64,000 nt of DNA. It comes from Candidatus Aminicenantes bacterium JdFR-78. GTDB lineage: Bacteria; Acidobacteriota; Aminicenantia; JdFR-78. The first letter of the stretch is position 1. The number at the start of each line of letters is the position of its first letter. The position numbers and the translations under genes were made by a program. The notes under the pieces are model-generated. The model did no database searches. It was not told the DNA's origin and saw nothing but the letters and a program-made list of their open reading frames with translations. Shown piece after piece: positions 45,633-55,455 of this stretch. The stretch covers positions 59,966 through 123,965 of the forward strand of contig MTON01000022.1 of NCBI GenBank assembly GCA_002010665.1. The letters are read 5' to 3'.

Positions 45633-46673
45633 TTATTCTTTCTTCTTGTAAGCTGGATTAACCTGAAATTCCTCGTCTCCAATTTTGGCAGTAGAAAATT
45701 CAATCAATTCAGTATAATAACTGAATGCAGGAGTATTTTCCTTCTCGCTCTTTGATTTCTTTTTAACGGCTTTTTTAAGAAATCCTCCAAACTTTTTCTT
45801 TATATTTGGAGTTTCCGTGGTTTCACTTTCTCCCTCTGGTTTTTGGCGTGTTATATAATACTTCCCATCAATTATGACTGGATAACCTTCTATTTTTTTC
45901 ATTTCCTTAACAAATTGAGAAGACTCCTGTTGTTTAGGTTTACCATTTTCTTTATTCATATTACTGAATAAAGCAATCCAGGTGGTACCAAGGATTTCCT
46001 GCTGAAGATTGTCAACATCAATTCCTATTGCTTTCATATATTCTCTTGAGAAATTGATTTCATCTTCTCGAGCTTGTCTTATCTCATCAGTAATTGGAGT
46101 TGTCCATACTTCAGTATAAAGCCTATCAGTGCCCTTTTCTCCTGTGCGAATGTTTTCCCATTTGGTAAACCAGTTTATAGTATATTTTTTACATGGAAAT
46201 TTATTTATTTCTTTTGTTTCTCCAGTACCATTTACTTTAAACTCGCTTCGAATAATTTTTATATTACTTTCTTCTTTCTTCTCTTGTTCTTCCTGGTAGG
46301 ATGTCTCACCAGTTTTTTCAACCTCTTCTCTTTCTTCAAATAATTTTTCAATGGGAACTACTCGATATTCCTTTTTCTTGTGATCCAATTTGTAAATAAC
46401 CATTGATTGCAAATTAATAATTTCCCCTTTTTCTCCAGATTTTAGAAATAATTTTCCTGTTAATCCTCCAATTAAACCTTTACCTTTAAATTCAGTGCTT
46501 GAATCTACCCGTTTCATCTTTCCATTTATGATCTCGCTTTTAACCACTGTATATTTTCCAAATTTTTTAAAATTGATTTCTGACCTTGTTTTCTTTACCA
46601 TTCCGGAAAAAACTAAAGTCACAGCAATCATAATAGTGAAGATGACCAAGAAACTTTTGACTATCTTTTTCAT
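45633..46673 (-). CDS. membrane-anchored/secreted Lys/Glu-rich protein, unknown function
   Basis: Track ORF extends to 46778. An internal ATG at 46673 is preceded by a perfect AGGAGG SD and starts a signal-anchor (MKKIVKSFLVIFTIMIAVTLVFSG); no recognisable domains. Confidence 0.45.
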   Translation of the reverse strand: MKKIVKSFLVIFTIMIAVTLVFSGMVKKTRSEINFKKFGKYTVVKSEIINGKMKRVDSSTEFKGKGLIGGLTGKLFLKSGEKGEIINLQSMVIYKLDHKKKEYRVVPIEKLFEEREEVEKTGETSYQEEQEKKEESNIKIIRSEFKVNGTGETKEINKFPCKKYTINWFTKWENIRTGEKGTDRLYTEVWTTPITDEIRQAREDEINFSREYMKAIGIDVDNLQQEILGTTWIALFSNMNKENGKPKQQESSQFVKEMKKIEGYPVIIDGKYYITRQKPEGESETTETPNIKKKFGGFLKKAVKKKSKSEKENTPAFSYYTELIEFSTAKIGDEEFQVNPAYKKKE

Positions 46674-46830
46674 AAAAATAAACCTCCTCTTTATATTCTC
46701 TACTATTTTTATAGTTTTTGTAGAGTAGGAATTCAAAGTATAACCCTTTATTCTATTAATGTCAAACATAAATTCCATATAATTTGAATTTTCTAAGACT
46801 ATTTTAATCCTAAAGAGCGGAATTTATTGA

Positions 46831-47757
46831 TTATAATTCAATAAATTTTGACAGGCTAACTCTAAATTCATATTTTATTCTACCAGGTGGACCAAATCTG
46901 TTCTTAGCAATTACTAAATCTATTCTTTCAGATTCCTGAACAAGAATTAACTCTCCTGAATTTTCATCGAATTCAAATTCGGGAATAATAAATCTTTTTT
47001 CCTTTTCTTTCGCCTTTCTTTCCTCTTCAGTCTCCAAGATGAAAATTGAATCAACACTGTATTCAATTTCAGGACACCCCAGAATACTTTCAAAAATGTT
47101 GTTACCACCTATTACCTTATGGCTTATAAGAAGAACTGTTGCATTCAAATCTTCTTGAATTCTTCTAAAATGGGTAACAAGATAGTTGATTTTTTCACTT
47201 TGACTAGAAAAATTTTTTTCATTTAGAGGAAAAACCTGCAAATAGTCAATTATAATAAAAATTCTTTCTGTTCCAGTTTTATCCTTCAATTTTTTACCAA
47301 TTCCCTCTATTGCTTTTAAATCAAAGAAAACTGTCTCCCGGTCAGCTATTATTATGTATTTACCAAACTCTTTGAGTTCTTCTATTGCCTGCTTATATTT
47401 CTTTTCATCTATTAATCTTATATCCATTAATTTTAAGTCATGATTTGAAATTCCACTCAATCGAGAAAGAAGTTTCAAATATAATTCCCTCCTATTCATT
47501 TCCAAGGAACAATATAATAAAGAAATTTTATTAAGCTTAACTGCTTCATATCCAATCTGAAGTGCAAAACTAGTTTTTCCCTTTCCAGGCAAACCACTTA
47601 ACACAACAAGACCATCTATTCCTTTTGTTGCTCTATCAAATTTAGGAAAACCTGTTTTCAGACCAATTAATTCCTTTTGCTTTCCCTTTTCAAGAAAGGA
47701 TATATAACTATCAAATTCCTCGGATAGAGTTTTTAAATCCATGTCCTGTTTTTTCAT
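46831..47757 (-). CDS. DnaB C-terminal-domain-only RecA-fold ATPase (no N-terminal helicase domain)
   Basis: 308 aa; Walker A GLPGKGKTSFALQ; DnaB-like motifs LYCSLEM, IIIDYLQV, IAKNRFGPPG; begins directly with the RecA core. Confidence 0.7.
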   Translation of the reverse strand: MKKQDMDLKTLSEEFDSYISFLEKGKQKELIGLKTGFPKFDRATKGIDGLVVLSGLPGKGKTSFALQIGYEAVKLNKISLLYCSLEMNRRELYLKLLSRLSGISNHDLKLMDIRLIDEKKYKQAIEELKEFGKYIIIADRETVFFDLKAIEGIGKKLKDKTGTERIFIIIDYLQVFPLNEKNFSSQSEKINYLVTHFRRIQEDLNATVLLISHKVIGGNNIFESILGCPEIEYSVDSIFILETEEERKAKEKEKRFIIPEFEFDENSGELILVQESERIDLVIAKNRFGPPGRIKYEFRVSLSKFIEL

Positions 47758-47827
47758 AACAAACTCCTTGTTTTATTTTTAATGACTCCCTTACTATAAA
47801 ATTTTTTCTCTTTTGTATCAATAAAAA

Positions 47828-48823
47828 TTAATAAAGCAAACATCTGATTTTTCGTTTGTCAGGCAACTCTACCAGCTCAGGCTTATTAAATTTGCAATCC
47901 TTTTTTCTTTTTGGACATTTTGAATAAAAAGAGCAGCACTTTTCTCCATTTTCCAGATTATCCAAAGTTTCAATAAAAGATTTTGTTTTCTTCATCCTTG
48001 AAGATTCTATAAGTAGAATTGTATAAGGATGCAGAGGACTGTTATAAATTTCTTCGGTCTTCCCGTATTCTACGAATTGACCCGCATACATTACAGCAAC
48101 TTCGTCGCTCAGATGTTTAACAACTGCTAAGTCATGGGATATAAATAGATAAGTTAGATTAAATTTTTGTTGAAGTTCTAATAATAAATTTAAAATCTGC
48201 GCCTGGATGGATACATCAAGAGACGATACAGGCTCATCTGCTACTATAAATTCTGGAGAAGTTGCAAGTGCTCTACAGATAGCTATTCTTTGTCTCTGAC
48301 CCCCACTAAACTCATGAGGATATTTTCTTTTCAGGGAGGGGTCTATCCCAACAAGATTTAACAGTTCATCCACACTCTCCTTTCTTTTTTTCTTGTTTCC
48401 CATCCTGTGAATTTTCAGAGGCTCTTCAACAATCTCTTCAATTTTAAAACGCGGATTCAATGAACTATAAGGATCCTGGAAGATTATTTGCATTTTTTTT
48501 CTTAAATTTCGTAATCTTGTCGAGGATATGTTTACCAAATCCTCTCCTTCAAAATATATCTTCCCTTCCGTAGGTTTGATCAATCTCAATATTAGCCTGC
48601 CCAACGTTGTTTTCCCTGAACCAGATTCACCTACCAGACCAAGAGTCTTTCCCTTTTCAATTTTAAAATCAACGCCATTCACAGCCTTTAGAACTCCTTT
48701 CTGAAGGATTAAGCCAGTCTTGAGATAGAAATATTTTTTTAAATTTTCAACAGTAATAAAACCCTGATTTTTTTTGTCCATAACTCTCTCAGAAATAATA
48801 AAAGAAAGAAATTTATTCGTCAA
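47828..48823 (-). CDS. ABC transporter ATP-binding protein, oligopeptide/dipeptide OppF/DppF type with Cys-rich C-terminal extension
   Basis: Walker A GESGSGKTT; FQDPYSSLNPR; signature FSGGQRQR; Walker B FIVADEP; C-terminal CCSFYSKCPKRKKDC cluster; likely start at internal Met (MDKKNQ, 48781). Confidence 0.8.
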   Translation of the reverse strand: MTNKFLSFIISERVMDKKNQGFITVENLKKYFYLKTGLILQKGVLKAVNGVDFKIEKGKTLGLVGESGSGKTTLGRLILRLIKPTEGKIYFEGEDLVNISSTRLRNLRKKMQIIFQDPYSSLNPRFKIEEIVEEPLKIHRMGNKKKRKESVDELLNLVGIDPSLKRKYPHEFSGGQRQRIAICRALATSPEFIVADEPVSSLDVSIQAQILNLLLELQQKFNLTYLFISHDLAVVKHLSDEVAVMYAGQFVEYGKTEEIYNSPLHPYTILLIESSRMKKTKSFIETLDNLENGEKCCSFYSKCPKRKKDCKFNKPELVELPDKRKIRCLLY

Positions 48824-48865
48824 TTTTAATTATATAAGTTGATTTCCTTAAAGGAGAACAAATTA

Positions 48866-49732
48866 TTATACAAAATATCTATAAAATTCTATTTCAGAGG
48901 CAAAAAAGATTAATCTTACCCACAATCTTCCAAAAATATAAATTTGCTGAAAAATAAAAATCAGGAATATGAAAAACATAGTATTTTTAGGCATTATATG
49001 TGCAGTTTCAAGATAAATAATAGTAATTATCAGGAACAATAAACATATCAGCAAATATAGTGCCCAAACCTTAAAAAATCTTCTCCTAAGGAAATTCAAA
49101 GTGAATAAAGTCTCTCTTAATACTTTTTTACTATTTGAAATAACGAGTCTGATTTTAGCATAATCAAAAAACATATTAATTATTGTGAAAAGTAAGAGGA
49201 AAATTATAATTTTTAAATTGCTTACAATGATTAAGGGCCATTCAGTGACTGCTCTTTTTGTAAAAATTTCCAAAATAGAACCAATAATTTTGTAAATCAA
49301 GCCTACGAAAATTATATATACAATTATTGAAATCAAAAATAATTTAAAAAATCTCCAGAAAAATTGCCCACAATCCGAGAAAAAGTTTTTCAAATTTACT
49401 TTTTCGAAATTGACGCTTAGTCTTCCAATAATTCCACCATTGAGGAAAATATAAAGTAACAGATAAATAAGAGCAGGAAAAATCACCCATCCAATTAGAG
49501 CCAGTGAGATATGTCGGAATTTATATATAAAATCACCGAGCCAGAATAAATCAAATCCCTGTGCCATTCTTTCTCCCATTAGAGATTTAGAAATATCCAT
49601 ATTAATCAGAAAGTAGATTGGAACAACTAGCATAAATGAATAAAGAAAATTAATAACCCATAAATAAATGATTATTTTGTAATTGTTATTTGCTGTTAAA
49701 ATTCCATTTATAAATACTTTGAAAATTCTCAT
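48866..49732 (-). CDS. polytopic membrane protein, unknown function
   Basis: 288 aa; about 7 hydrophobic helices; no Opp-permease EAA motif, so it is not the cognate permease of the adjacent ATPase. Confidence 0.45.
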   Translation of the reverse strand: MRIFKVFINGILTANNNYKIIIYLWVINFLYSFMLVVPIYFLINMDISKSLMGERMAQGFDLFWLGDFIYKFRHISLALIGWVIFPALIYLLLYIFLNGGIIGRLSVNFEKVNLKNFFSDCGQFFWRFFKLFLISIIVYIIFVGLIYKIIGSILEIFTKRAVTEWPLIIVSNLKIIIFLLLFTIINMFFDYAKIRLVISNSKKVLRETLFTLNFLRRRFFKVWALYLLICLLFLIITIIYLETAHIMPKNTMFFIFLIFIFQQIYIFGRLWVRLIFFASEIEFYRYFV

Positions 49733-49743
49733 TATTTACCCCC

Positions 49744-51828
49744 TTAACTGAAAATACTCACGTACTGGAGAAAATTCTGAATCCAGAATAAAACTTTATT
49801 TGACCACCTCAAAGCCCCTTTTCTACTTGGTTTGAGTTTTAGGCTATTATTAGTTATATTCGAATCAATCAGAAAAATGTTTTCTGGATCAATTACTGCA
49901 TACTTTGCTTTTGTTTTTTTAATAAATCTGAATTCATTCCATCGGGATTTTCCATCCCAATATTTTATTTCTTCTGTACCATCTTCAAAAACTACTTTTA
50001 CCTTTAATTTCACATCCCCGCCAAGTTTCGCCTCTCCAAATCGCTTTACTTTAACTATTGTAAGATATCTTGGTTCCTTTATCTTTTTATCAATCTCTTT
50101 TGCCATTTTGCTCGTAATTTCCTCTTTTTTGCCATTTTTGTCAAAAACACCACGAGCTGTCTTAATTTTCTTTGAAATTAAAGAGGAAACTCCATAATCA
50201 AACTCATTTGCTTTAAAGAATAATTCATTAAAAAACCATCTCATATCCCTTCCTGATACTTCATTTACAACACTAATAAAATCCTGTGTATTTGGATGTT
50301 TAAACCTGTATTTCATATGGAAGGTTCTAAGAACTTTAAGCATTATATCTTCACCAAGTAATCTTTCAAGTGTGTGAAGACATGTAGAGGCTCGCTGATA
50401 TACATTCAGACCATAGCTTGCGCTATTATAGAATTTCCAGGATTTTTTAACTATTGGATCAAACTTTACAATCTGAATCCCCAATATTCTGTCAAGCTGG
50501 AAATCATAGTATTTTACACTATCAATATAACGGGTATAAGGTATTCCTCCAATTCTAATAAAAAAGGATGAAGGTCCATAAGCCTTTGCCAATATTTTCC
50601 CTGTTGAATAGGTATTAATCCCTTCATCAAGCCATGCTTCCTCAAATTCATTGTTTGCACACATTCCATACCAGTATCCATGTCCAAATTCATGAACAAT
50701 CACTCCTTCAGGACTAAGAACTTTCTTACTTTGAAAAATTCTTGTGCCAGCTGTAAACAATGTAGGATATTCCATTCCCCCGCATCTGCTCCTGAAAGGA
50801 GGATCAACCATTGTTATAGTCTCATATGGATATGGACCATACCATAACCCATGATATTTTATTGCTATTCTGAGTGCCTTAAAATGTCTTTCTATCTGAT
50901 TTTTATGCTCCGGATTTATCAAAAGTATCATTTTTACATCCTTTAATTTAATATCTTCAAGTGGTAGATTCAAAATTTTTGCTACTTCTCTATATTCTTC
51001 TTTACTTACTTCCTTATCTGCAATAAAAAGTCTTTCGATTTTAATGTAATCTGGGTCAGCAGTCCATGCAAAATCGTGGATATGATTTTGCCAATATATA
51101 TATGTAACTGTTCCTTTTTCCTTATTTTCTTTTAAAGATATCAATTTTCCCGATGCTCCAACCACAAATTCCTGGGGAACAGTAATATGCACCTTAAATT
51201 CTGCAAAATCCGCGTAAAATTCGCTTGTTAAATGGTATTGATGACAGTTCCAGCCTTTCCCTTCTTCATACACTCCTGGTTTTGGAAACCATTGGGCAAT
51301 AAAATATGCATTGTGATAGTAACCTGCTCTTAAAACTGTCCGAGGAATTTTAGCTTCAAAGATAATTTCAAAGTTTATCCATTCTCCTGGTTTCAGGGGC
51401 TTTGGAAGAATAACCTTTATAACTGTCTGATCGTCTATTCTTTTTGGCTCATCAGGAGAAACGAATTGAATAGTTGGCGTGAGATCTGCCCCGTCAACTA
51501 TTCTTATATTTCTAACATCAATCCATCCCCATTCTCCATCTTTAACTTTTATTCTATAAAATTGCTCTTCTCTCGACTCCTCCAATACCGCGCTTTTTTC
51601 ATTCTTAAAAGCATTCCAATACAAATGAAACCAGAAATCAGAAATCTCATCTTCTGTATCATTCAACCAGCTAATAATTTCCCTTCCATAAAGCATTCTA
51701 TTTTGATGGTCAAGTTCCACCCATATTTCATATTTCACTTTATCTATTAATTTCTTATCCTGGGAGTACAGGATTAATGGATGCATTAGAAAGATGGAAA
51801 TTAAAATATGAATTATTTTTATTCTCAT
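49744..51828 (-). CDS. M1-family zinc metallopeptidase (aminopeptidase N-like), secreted
   Basis: 694 aa; signal peptide; GGMEYP exopeptidase motif; HEFGHGYW...E (WLDEG) zinc site. Confidence 0.8.
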   Translation of the reverse strand: MRIKIIHILISIFLMHPLILYSQDKKLIDKVKYEIWVELDHQNRMLYGREIISWLNDTEDEISDFWFHLYWNAFKNEKSAVLEESREEQFYRIKVKDGEWGWIDVRNIRIVDGADLTPTIQFVSPDEPKRIDDQTVIKVILPKPLKPGEWINFEIIFEAKIPRTVLRAGYYHNAYFIAQWFPKPGVYEEGKGWNCHQYHLTSEFYADFAEFKVHITVPQEFVVGASGKLISLKENKEKGTVTYIYWQNHIHDFAWTADPDYIKIERLFIADKEVSKEEYREVAKILNLPLEDIKLKDVKMILLINPEHKNQIERHFKALRIAIKYHGLWYGPYPYETITMVDPPFRSRCGGMEYPTLFTAGTRIFQSKKVLSPEGVIVHEFGHGYWYGMCANNEFEEAWLDEGINTYSTGKILAKAYGPSSFFIRIGGIPYTRYIDSVKYYDFQLDRILGIQIVKFDPIVKKSWKFYNSASYGLNVYQRASTCLHTLERLLGEDIMLKVLRTFHMKYRFKHPNTQDFISVVNEVSGRDMRWFFNELFFKANEFDYGVSSLISKKIKTARGVFDKNGKKEEITSKMAKEIDKKIKEPRYLTIVKVKRFGEAKLGGDVKLKVKVVFEDGTEEIKYWDGKSRWNEFRFIKKTKAKYAVIDPENIFLIDSNITNNSLKLKPSRKGALRWSNKVLFWIQNFLQYVSIFS

Positions 51829-52003
51829 TTAAACCCCCTTCAGATAAAAAACATTTTTTTTCTTCTATTTACATTTACTTTTAAGGCTTTTATCATGAAA
51901 TAAAATCATTGTCAATCAGAATACTGCAATCAAAATTGGACATGTGACCATAAATTGAAACATCTGATAATTTTAAAACCTGCAAAAATAATAAATGAAA
52001 AGT

Positions 52004-52019
52004 TGGCATGATTTTTGCT
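52004..52019 (+). promoter_or_regulatory. sigma-54 (-24/-12) promoter TGGCAT-gattt-TTGCT
   Basis: GG at 52005-52006 and GC at 52017-52018 (12-nt offset); predicted start about 52030 at AAGGAGG, 16 nt before the ATG at 52046. Confidence 0.5.
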
Positions 52020-52045
52020 ACACTATGAAAAGGAGGTGAAAAGAA

Positions 52046-52798
52046 ATGAAAAAGTTCATAATTATGATGGTTGTTTTAACTCTATTATGTCCCTTATTTG
52101 TTTTTTCCCATTCAATAAAAGTGAAATTTGGAATGTTTTTCCCAAACGCGAGCAGTGATTTGTGGGAAGTGGAATTTGAAAATATGACTTTTTCAAAAGA
52201 AGATTTCACTGATGGTGTTATAGGCTTTGAATACGAATACGAGATAAATCCATTTTTGAGTTTTCTCCTTGGTGTAACTCCTTATACCAAAAATAAGGTT
52301 GGCGATTATAAAGACTGGGAAGGAGAATATATTCCTGGCTATGGAGATTTTGCCTATCCAAAGGGAGTGATTAGTGGATATCCCATTTCTCATATGTTTG
52401 GAGTGAGTATTACTCCTTTACAATTTTCTTTTAAATTCAATCCATTGGGTAGAAGATCTCCTATAAAGCCTTATTTTGGTGGAGGAATAGGAATATATTT
52501 TTGGAGATGCAAACTTGAGGGACAGACTCCTCTCTTTGACGAAGAACACGAATGGTATGATACTGATTATAATGTTTATATTTATGAGATATGGGAGTCG
52601 TATATTCGAGACGAGAATAATGTTAGTTTTGGGTGGCATGTTATGGCTGGTATAATGTTTCCCCTTGGACATAGAACATCAGTATTCGGTGAATTTAAAT
52701 ATAATAAAGCCCAAGGTGAATTAGATGAATTTATAGGTTTTGAACCTCTTGATTTAAGTGGTTATCAAATCAGCCTTGGTTTTGCTTATAGATTTTAA
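52046..52798 (+). CDS. outer-membrane beta-barrel protein
   Basis: 250 aa; signal peptide (LTLLCPLFVFS); amphipathic beta-strands; C-terminal GFAYRF. Confidence 0.6.
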   Translation: MKKFIIMMVVLTLLCPLFVFSHSIKVKFGMFFPNASSDLWEVEFENMTFSKEDFTDGVIGFEYEYEINPFLSFLLGVTPYTKNKVGDYKDWEGEYIPGYGDFAYPKGVISGYPISHMFGVSITPLQFSFKFNPLGRRSPIKPYFGGGIGIYFWRCKLEGQTPLFDEEHEWYDTDYNVYIYEIWESYIRDENNVSFGWHVMAGIMFPLGHRTSVFGEFKYNKAQGELDEFIGFEPLDLSGYQISLGFAYRF

Positions 52799-52799
52799 T

Positions 52800-54335
52800 T
52801 CATCTAAAATTAACCTTTTCCTGATTGGCAATATCCATTACAGAAAGAAATACAAGTTGAGCAAGGTCTTCAAGGATTTCAGGAGTGATTGTTTCTGGAG
52901 AATCTTTAGTAATGTGGTAATAGGAGCGTGCTCCAAAAACACTGAAGGACAGAGTCGGAATTCCTTTCCACATGAATCGAGCAGCATCGAGGCGGGGTCT
53001 AGTAATGTTAGCAAAATACGGGGCTTTTATAATTCTATGAATATATTTTTCATTATTCTTTTTAAAGAAGCTCCAAAGAGAAGGAAAATTCTTTCCTGCA
53101 AGAGCTCTTATTTTATCTCCACATCCTACTCCATCCAAATTAATAAAACATAAGGTTTTTTCTAGAGGAAAAACAGGATGTTCTAAATAAAATTTTGAGC
53201 CAAATACTCCTTGTTCCTCTGCTCCAAAACATATAAATACTATGGTTCTCTTTGGTTTTATAGCACATTTAGCTATTGCCTCTGCTACTCCAAGAACAAC
53301 CGCGACACCTGACGCATTATCATTAGCTCCTGGCATTATTTCAGGACATCGGCCACAATGATCAAGATGAGCTCCTATTATAATAAATTCATTTTTTAAT
53401 TCAGGGTCTGTACCTTCTATATAACCAATAACATTGTATCCTATTCCATCAGGATGATGCTCTGTTATATTTTTTATTGTGAAAATTTTTCCAGTCGAAA
53501 AGGACTGGGGTCTTCTTGTCTCCCTAATTTTCTTAATAATTCCTTCATGAGTCCTTCCTGTTCCAGCAAATAAATCTTTTATGACTTCTTTACCAATATG
53601 AGTGTATATAAATCCCTTTATAAATGCATTATTTGGATTTGCAATAGGACCATAATTATAAAGCATTCCCACAGCGCCATGCTCATATGCATTTTTTAAT
53701 TTATATTGATGAAAGGAATATGGTCTCCATTTTTTAAATTCCTCTGGCTCCTTGTCAGGTGAAATTGGAACTTCTCTTTCCATTAAAACAATTTTGCCTT
53801 TCACATCCACATTCTTGTAATCATCGTAATTCAGCTCAGGTGCAGTGATCCCATAGCCTACATATACAACCTCAGCAGTTACTTCCCCTGAATCTGAAGT
53901 GGAACCAGGAATAAAATCTTTTTCATACTGATAAAACTTCTTAATTACTGAGTTTTTATATGGTATGTGAAGATAAGCCTGACAACCTTTAAAAACTAAA
54001 GTATATGGATTAGGAAATGACTGTAAATAACTACCATTATCACCCCCTGGTTTTAATCCCCACTCCCTGAAGCATTTAGCAACCCATTCCGCAACTTTCT
54101 TATATTCTTCTGTTCCACTGAGACGGCCTCCATATTTTGGTGAGGTTAATTCAACCACATATTGAAAAAGAGTATGGCTGGAAATTGAGTGAGAAGTTTG
54201 AACTAAAATTTTTTCCTGAGATAGAGTATCCTTTTGAGCAATAGTATATGAAGATATTATTAAAAAAAGTCCCATTAAAAGATAGATTTTAAAATTTCTT
54301 TTCATTTCTTCCTCCTCCCATCTGATTTTATTCAT
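52800..54335 (-). CDS. M28-family zinc peptidase (aminopeptidase) with signal peptide
   Basis: 511 aa; M28 metal-ligand context IIGAHLDHCG, NDNASGVAVVLGVAEA, GAEEQG. Confidence 0.8.
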   Translation of the reverse strand: MNKIRWEEEEMKRNFKIYLLMGLFLIISSYTIAQKDTLSQEKILVQTSHSISSHTLFQYVVELTSPKYGGRLSGTEEYKKVAEWVAKCFREWGLKPGGDNGSYLQSFPNPYTLVFKGCQAYLHIPYKNSVIKKFYQYEKDFIPGSTSDSGEVTAEVVYVGYGITAPELNYDDYKNVDVKGKIVLMEREVPISPDKEPEEFKKWRPYSFHQYKLKNAYEHGAVGMLYNYGPIANPNNAFIKGFIYTHIGKEVIKDLFAGTGRTHEGIIKKIRETRRPQSFSTGKIFTIKNITEHHPDGIGYNVIGYIEGTDPELKNEFIIIGAHLDHCGRCPEIMPGANDNASGVAVVLGVAEAIAKCAIKPKRTIVFICFGAEEQGVFGSKFYLEHPVFPLEKTLCFINLDGVGCGDKIRALAGKNFPSLWSFFKKNNEKYIHRIIKAPYFANITRPRLDAARFMWKGIPTLSFSVFGARSYYHITKDSPETITPEILEDLAQLVFLSVMDIANQEKVNFR

Positions 54336-54405
54336 ATAGTTCTAAAATGTCAAAGCGGTAATGTTTTTTGACTCCAATTTTTTAGTCTGTTATTTTAATT
54401 AACAA

Positions 54406-55158
54406 ATGAATTTTTACATCGGAACAAGCGGTTATAATTATAAACACTGGATGGACGGAGTCTTTTACCCTCCTGGAATTAAGAAAGACGAACTTTTATC
54501 ATATTATCAAAAATATTTTAATTCTGTTGAATTAAATGTAACCTTCTACAGACTTCCCTCTCAAAAAGTTTTTGAATCATGGTACAGAAAGTCAAACAAG
54601 GACTTTGGCTTTGTTTTAAAAGGCTCAAGATTTATTACACATGTAAAAAGACTCAAAGAAATCGAAGAACCCCTTAAACTCTTCTCTCAAAGATGTAGCT
54701 CTCTAAAAGAGAAACTGCTCTGCATTCTATGGCAATTACCACCTTCCTTTAGAAAAGATTTAACGAGACTTTCTAATTTCATTAATTATATAAAAATGAA
54801 TGAAATTTTTAAATCTATAGATCACAGCATCGAGTTCAGACATAAAAGCTGGTTTGAAAAAGATGTGCTTAAAATTTTAAAAGAGAATAATATAAATCTA
54901 TGCATAGCTCATTCATTAAGATGGCCAATGTGTGAAGCAATAACCTCTGATTTTTTATATTTAAGATTTCATGGAGGAGAAATCCTATATGGAACAGAAT
55001 ATTCAGTGGATGAGTTAAAAGAATGGGCAGAAAAAATAAAGAATTGGATAGAAAATTATGAAATGAAAAAAGTCTATATCTTTTTCAATAATGATGCTTA
55101 TGGATTTGCAATAAAAAATGCCTTGCAAATTAAGGAATTATTAGGATTAAATCAATAG
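54406..55158 (+). CDS. DUF72 family protein
   Basis: 250 aa; characteristic IGTSGYNYKHW, FYRLP, LWQLPPSF, LRFHG segments. Confidence 0.75.
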   Translation: MNFYIGTSGYNYKHWMDGVFYPPGIKKDELLSYYQKYFNSVELNVTFYRLPSQKVFESWYRKSNKDFGFVLKGSRFITHVKRLKEIEEPLKLFSQRCSSLKEKLLCILWQLPPSFRKDLTRLSNFINYIKMNEIFKSIDHSIEFRHKSWFEKDVLKILKENNINLCIAHSLRWPMCEAITSDFLYLRFHGGEILYGTEYSVDELKEWAEKIKNWIENYEMKKVYIFFNNDAYGFAIKNALQIKELLGLNQ

Positions 55159-55455
55159 CTTGCTCATTGATGATTTTCACAGAATCTGTGGAAAACCCTG
55201 TGGAAATCTTGATGAAAATTCTCGTAAGTTTTAATAAAATTTGAATTTATGGAATTTTGAACACAAATCTGTGCAATTTAAGTGATTGATAATAAACAAA
55301 TTAAAAAATTATTTTTTCTTAAATTTTTTAAATTATAATCTTAATTAATTGATATATCAAAAATTATTCTGGAAAAAATGTTTATTTATATGAGAAATTT
55401 TTCTATTGACTTCAATTTTTTATTTTAATATTATAACTCCAAAAAGGAGGAAATA

